From: an uncultured Gemmatimonadota bacterium
GTDB lineage: Bacteria > Gemmatimonadota > Gemmatimonadetes > Palauibacterales > Palauibacteraceae
Reading direction: 5' to 3'
Length of the DNA stretch: 64,000 nucleotides
Assembly: GCA_964602635.1 (NCBI GenBank)
Contig: CAZRRU010000131.1
Coordinates: 37,320-101,319 of the forward strand
The position numbers were made by a program, and so were the translations under genes. Shown piece after piece: positions 63,454 through 64,000 of this stretch (the first letter of the stretch is position 1; each line of letters opens with the position of its first letter). Under the pieces are notes generated by a model. That model saw nothing but the letters and a program-made list of their open reading frames with translations. It was not told the origin of the DNA and ran no database searches.

Positions 63454-63999
63454 TCAGTTGGGTCGCTCGATCAGGACCTGCGTCCACCGGTCCCCGAACA
63501 GACCCAGTCCGTGGTGCGTGAACGAACACTCATCCAGGATCGCCCGGTGCGGCGGACTGTTCAGCCACAGGTCGATCACGGTCTCCGGCCCCCGAGCGGT
63601 CAGGGCGAGGTTCTCCGCTATCGATCCGTGCCACGTGACTCCGCCCTTCAGAAGCCGCCGGGACAGGTCGGTCCCCTCGGGAGCCACGTGGTCGAAGTAA
63701 TCACGGCGCGACATGTCCGCGCTGTGAGCCTCGGCCACCCGGGCCGCACCTTCATGCCAGCCAAGCTCCCGGCAGCCGGCATCCCGCCGATGCCCGTTCA
63801 CCAGGCGGTGCAGTTCGCTCAGCGATTCCGCCAATATGGACTCGTCGGCAGTTTGGCTCGGAGAAGTCGATGGAACGGCCGTAGCCAGCAATCCGACCAG
63901 GACGGCGAACCGGCGGCCCAGAGATGCACGAAAGCCCCGCCCTGCTGGCCGGGGCCTTCGCTTTCCACCAAGCCGGCGGGCGGGGTTTGTCACGACCAC
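63454..63999 (-). CDS. CAP/SCP (PR-1-like, YkwD-type) domain secreted protein
   Basis: LHRLVNGHRRDAGCRELGWHEGAARVAEAHSADMSRRDYFDH, GENLA-like IAENLA, WLNSPPHRAILD (CAP signatures). The upstream region lies outside the window. Confidence 0.8.
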   Translation of the reverse strand: MVVTNPARRLGGKRRPRPAGRGFRASLGRRFAVLVGLLATAVPSTSPSQTADESILAESLSELHRLVNGHRRDAGCRELGWHEGAARVAEAHSADMSRRDYFDHVAPEGTDLSRRLLKGGVTWHGSIAENLALTARGPETVIDLWLNSPPHRAILDECSFTHHGLGLFGDRWTQVLIERPN

Positions 64000-64000
64000 C

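Overview
High-GC (about two-thirds G+C by eye) chromosomal segment from a diderm bacterium. It encodes LolA, Omp85-like and beta-barrel outer-membrane proteins, and lipobox and Tat signals. The gene content resembles Gemmatimonadota-like lineages, but that is inference only. I support about 60 densely packed protein genes, many joined by 4-nt GTGA/ATGA start-stop overlaps. Most are core functions: a PpiD-like chaperone (runs off the left edge and is missing from the ORF track), aroQ, an M24 peptidase, efp, accBC, ftsK-lolA, rimO, SpoIID, a POT peptide permease, glycosyltransferases, a GAF-GAF-GGDEF cyclase, a tandem USP, an M28-PDZ peptidase, LemA/DUF2207, DUF1800/DUF1501, trxC, FKBP, ferritin, an aldehyde dehydrogenase, Sir2, a lipid kinase, a beta-CASP RNase, LOG, HIT, sdhCAB, two TenA paralogues and TadE/TadE/TadG pseudopilins. 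I recognised no rRNA, tRNA, CRISPR array, transposase or integrase by eye. Four things stand out. (1) An orphan islet at 36.1-40.3 kb centres on a translationally coupled pair: a 595-aa four-TM coiled-coil membrane protein and a vWA-like lipoprotein. It lies behind the two longest non-coding spacers in the window, and I cannot assign it to any described system. (2) An OsmC/YhfA-like gene has an in-frame TGA exactly where the catalytic Cys should be, with a hairpin downstream. It is a candidate selenoprotein that ORF callers split in two. (3) A GTGA-coupled pair joins a GCS2-type carboxylate-amine ligase fused to a CBS pair with an AstE/AspA-type zinc deacylase. (4) A KaiC-like ATPase with a degenerate Walker A is fused to a pseudo-receiver and a degenerate GGDEF domain. 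All family calls come from motif recognition by eye. No database search was run.
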